The position numbers and the translations under genes were made by a program. The notes under the pieces are model-generated. The model searched no databases. It had not been told where the DNA came from and was given only the letters and a program-made list of their open reading frames with translations. Positions 62,627 through 64,000 of a DNA stretch of 64,000 nucleotides are shown piece after piece (position 1 is the first letter of the stretch; every line of letters starts with the position of its first letter). This DNA comes from Octopus vulgaris. Lineage: Eukaryota. The stretch spans positions 58,342,001 to 58,406,000 of the forward strand of contig OX597819.1 in NCBI GenBank assembly GCA_951406725.2. Direction: 5' to 3'.

Positions 62627-64000
62627 AATTCATTTCTTTCGAAGAAAGCTTTAGCTTTTGTTAGGAGTGGTCCACATTCATGATACAGATTCTGGGAGCC
62701 TATTTCAGTTCGGGAGTGAATTGTCATCACATGTCACTTAGTCGCAAACACATCATATAGCTGCAATGTGATTTTTCTAAGACATCACCCAGTAAACTAT
62801 CAAGTCCATTTACACATTTCTCAATATATACTGCTGTTACGACCTCACTTCCCCATTCTGCGACTCCAGCGTAGGTGGGTAGATTAGCTAGTATATATAA
62901 CTTTAAAAGCAGACCCATTAAGAAGAATAAGGCAAAAAAGTGTGAAGACACGGGATAGCATGTTATTCATTTGATTCTATATTATCTGCGCCAGCTTAAC
63001 GATAATAATTTCTTTATACTAGGCATAATGCCAGTTTTATATATGCAGTGGAATAATTGATTTAATCGATCTGTATGTATATATTTTTAATCAAAGCCGA
63101 AGAGATGAAAGCTAGACTCAGCCAATATGGGATTTGTACACAGATGTGTCTTGTTATACTGAATTTCTCAGCTATCTGTTAGAGGAAAGAGAAAAAAAAA
63201 AAAAAAAAAGCAAGAAAAAAGAATCTAGAAATGAACCCGGAACCATGTGGTTAGTAAGCAAGCTACATATCACACAGCCACTCGTACACCTAAGATCGTT
63301 TATCGTATATCTTCTAATTGTTTCAGTCATTGGACTGCGGCCATGCTAGAGCTTCACTCTGAGGGGTTTTATTCGAACAGATAGACCCCTGTACTTATTT
63401 TTAACATTTAGTACTTATTCTGCCGGTCGCTGTTGCCGAACCGGTCGCTGTTGCCGAAGTTATAGAGGCGTAAAATAATACCAGTGATCAAGCAGTGGTG
63501 AGGGATCTAACCCCGTCTAAAGAGTGTTTAGTTACAATATGCTTTAACTTTTCCGCACTTCGATCTGTTTGGCCTACCATTTCCGATTTGAATCCTCAGT
63601 GGACAGTCCCCTAGGTGGTCAAGGTACGCATTGCTAATCCAAATTCAAAATTACTATCTCTACCTTCTGTCTTTTACTTGTTCCACTCATTGGATTGCGA
63701 TCATGCTGGGGCACGACCTTAAAGGGCTTTAGTCGAATGAATTGGCTGGTATTCATTCTGTCGGTTTTTTCTTTTGCCGAACTGCTAAGTTACGGTAACG
63801 TAAACAAGACAACAGTAGTCGACAAATTGTGGCGGGGATAACAAACATAGATACAAAGGCACACAAACACAGGTACGCGCGCGCGCGAATACACACACAC
63901 ACACACACACAAATATATATAGGCGTCGCTGTGTGGTAAGTACCTTGCTTCCCAACCACATGGTTCTGGGTTCTGTCCAACTGCGTGGCACCTTGGGCAA

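Noticed and set aside
39960-62730. Repeated short peptides such as PCGATVARLTPDQKAACSNHVGV and ALWRNGSASDSRSEGCVFES
   Set aside because: These are translations of the tRNA-Trp genes, not a protein family.

Overview
AT-rich, microsatellite-dense animal genomic DNA with no recognisable host protein-coding exon. The SINE families and the density of TA/TACA/GATA repeats suggest a cephalopod, most likely Octopus (inference only). Positions 1-36.8 kb are a mosaic of tRNA-derived SINEs (four head families), Tc1/mariner and pogo-type DNA-transposon relics, a Helitron-like element, CR1, RTE and R4/Dong-like LINE fragments, and Penelope-like remnants carrying type I hammerhead ribozyme motifs. Positions 36.9-62.7 kb hold a single-isotype tRNA-Trp(CCA) array: 13 full-length genes (9 identical, 4 variants), about 9 pseudogenes or stubs, and one site with intact flanks but no gene. 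The array was built by nested tandem and inverted segmental duplications and is invaded by a young CR1 LINE (near-intact RT) and a zinc-knuckle, apparently ORF1-only, Tx1-like element. The best leads are the birth-and-death tRNA-Trp array (compensated isodecoder, anticodon-shifted relics, conserved 5' flank), hammerhead motifs from 3-4 unrelated element families, and an AC/TACA-microsatellite-associated R4/Dong-like LINE family. Coordinates were counted by hand, and repeat boundaries are approximate.
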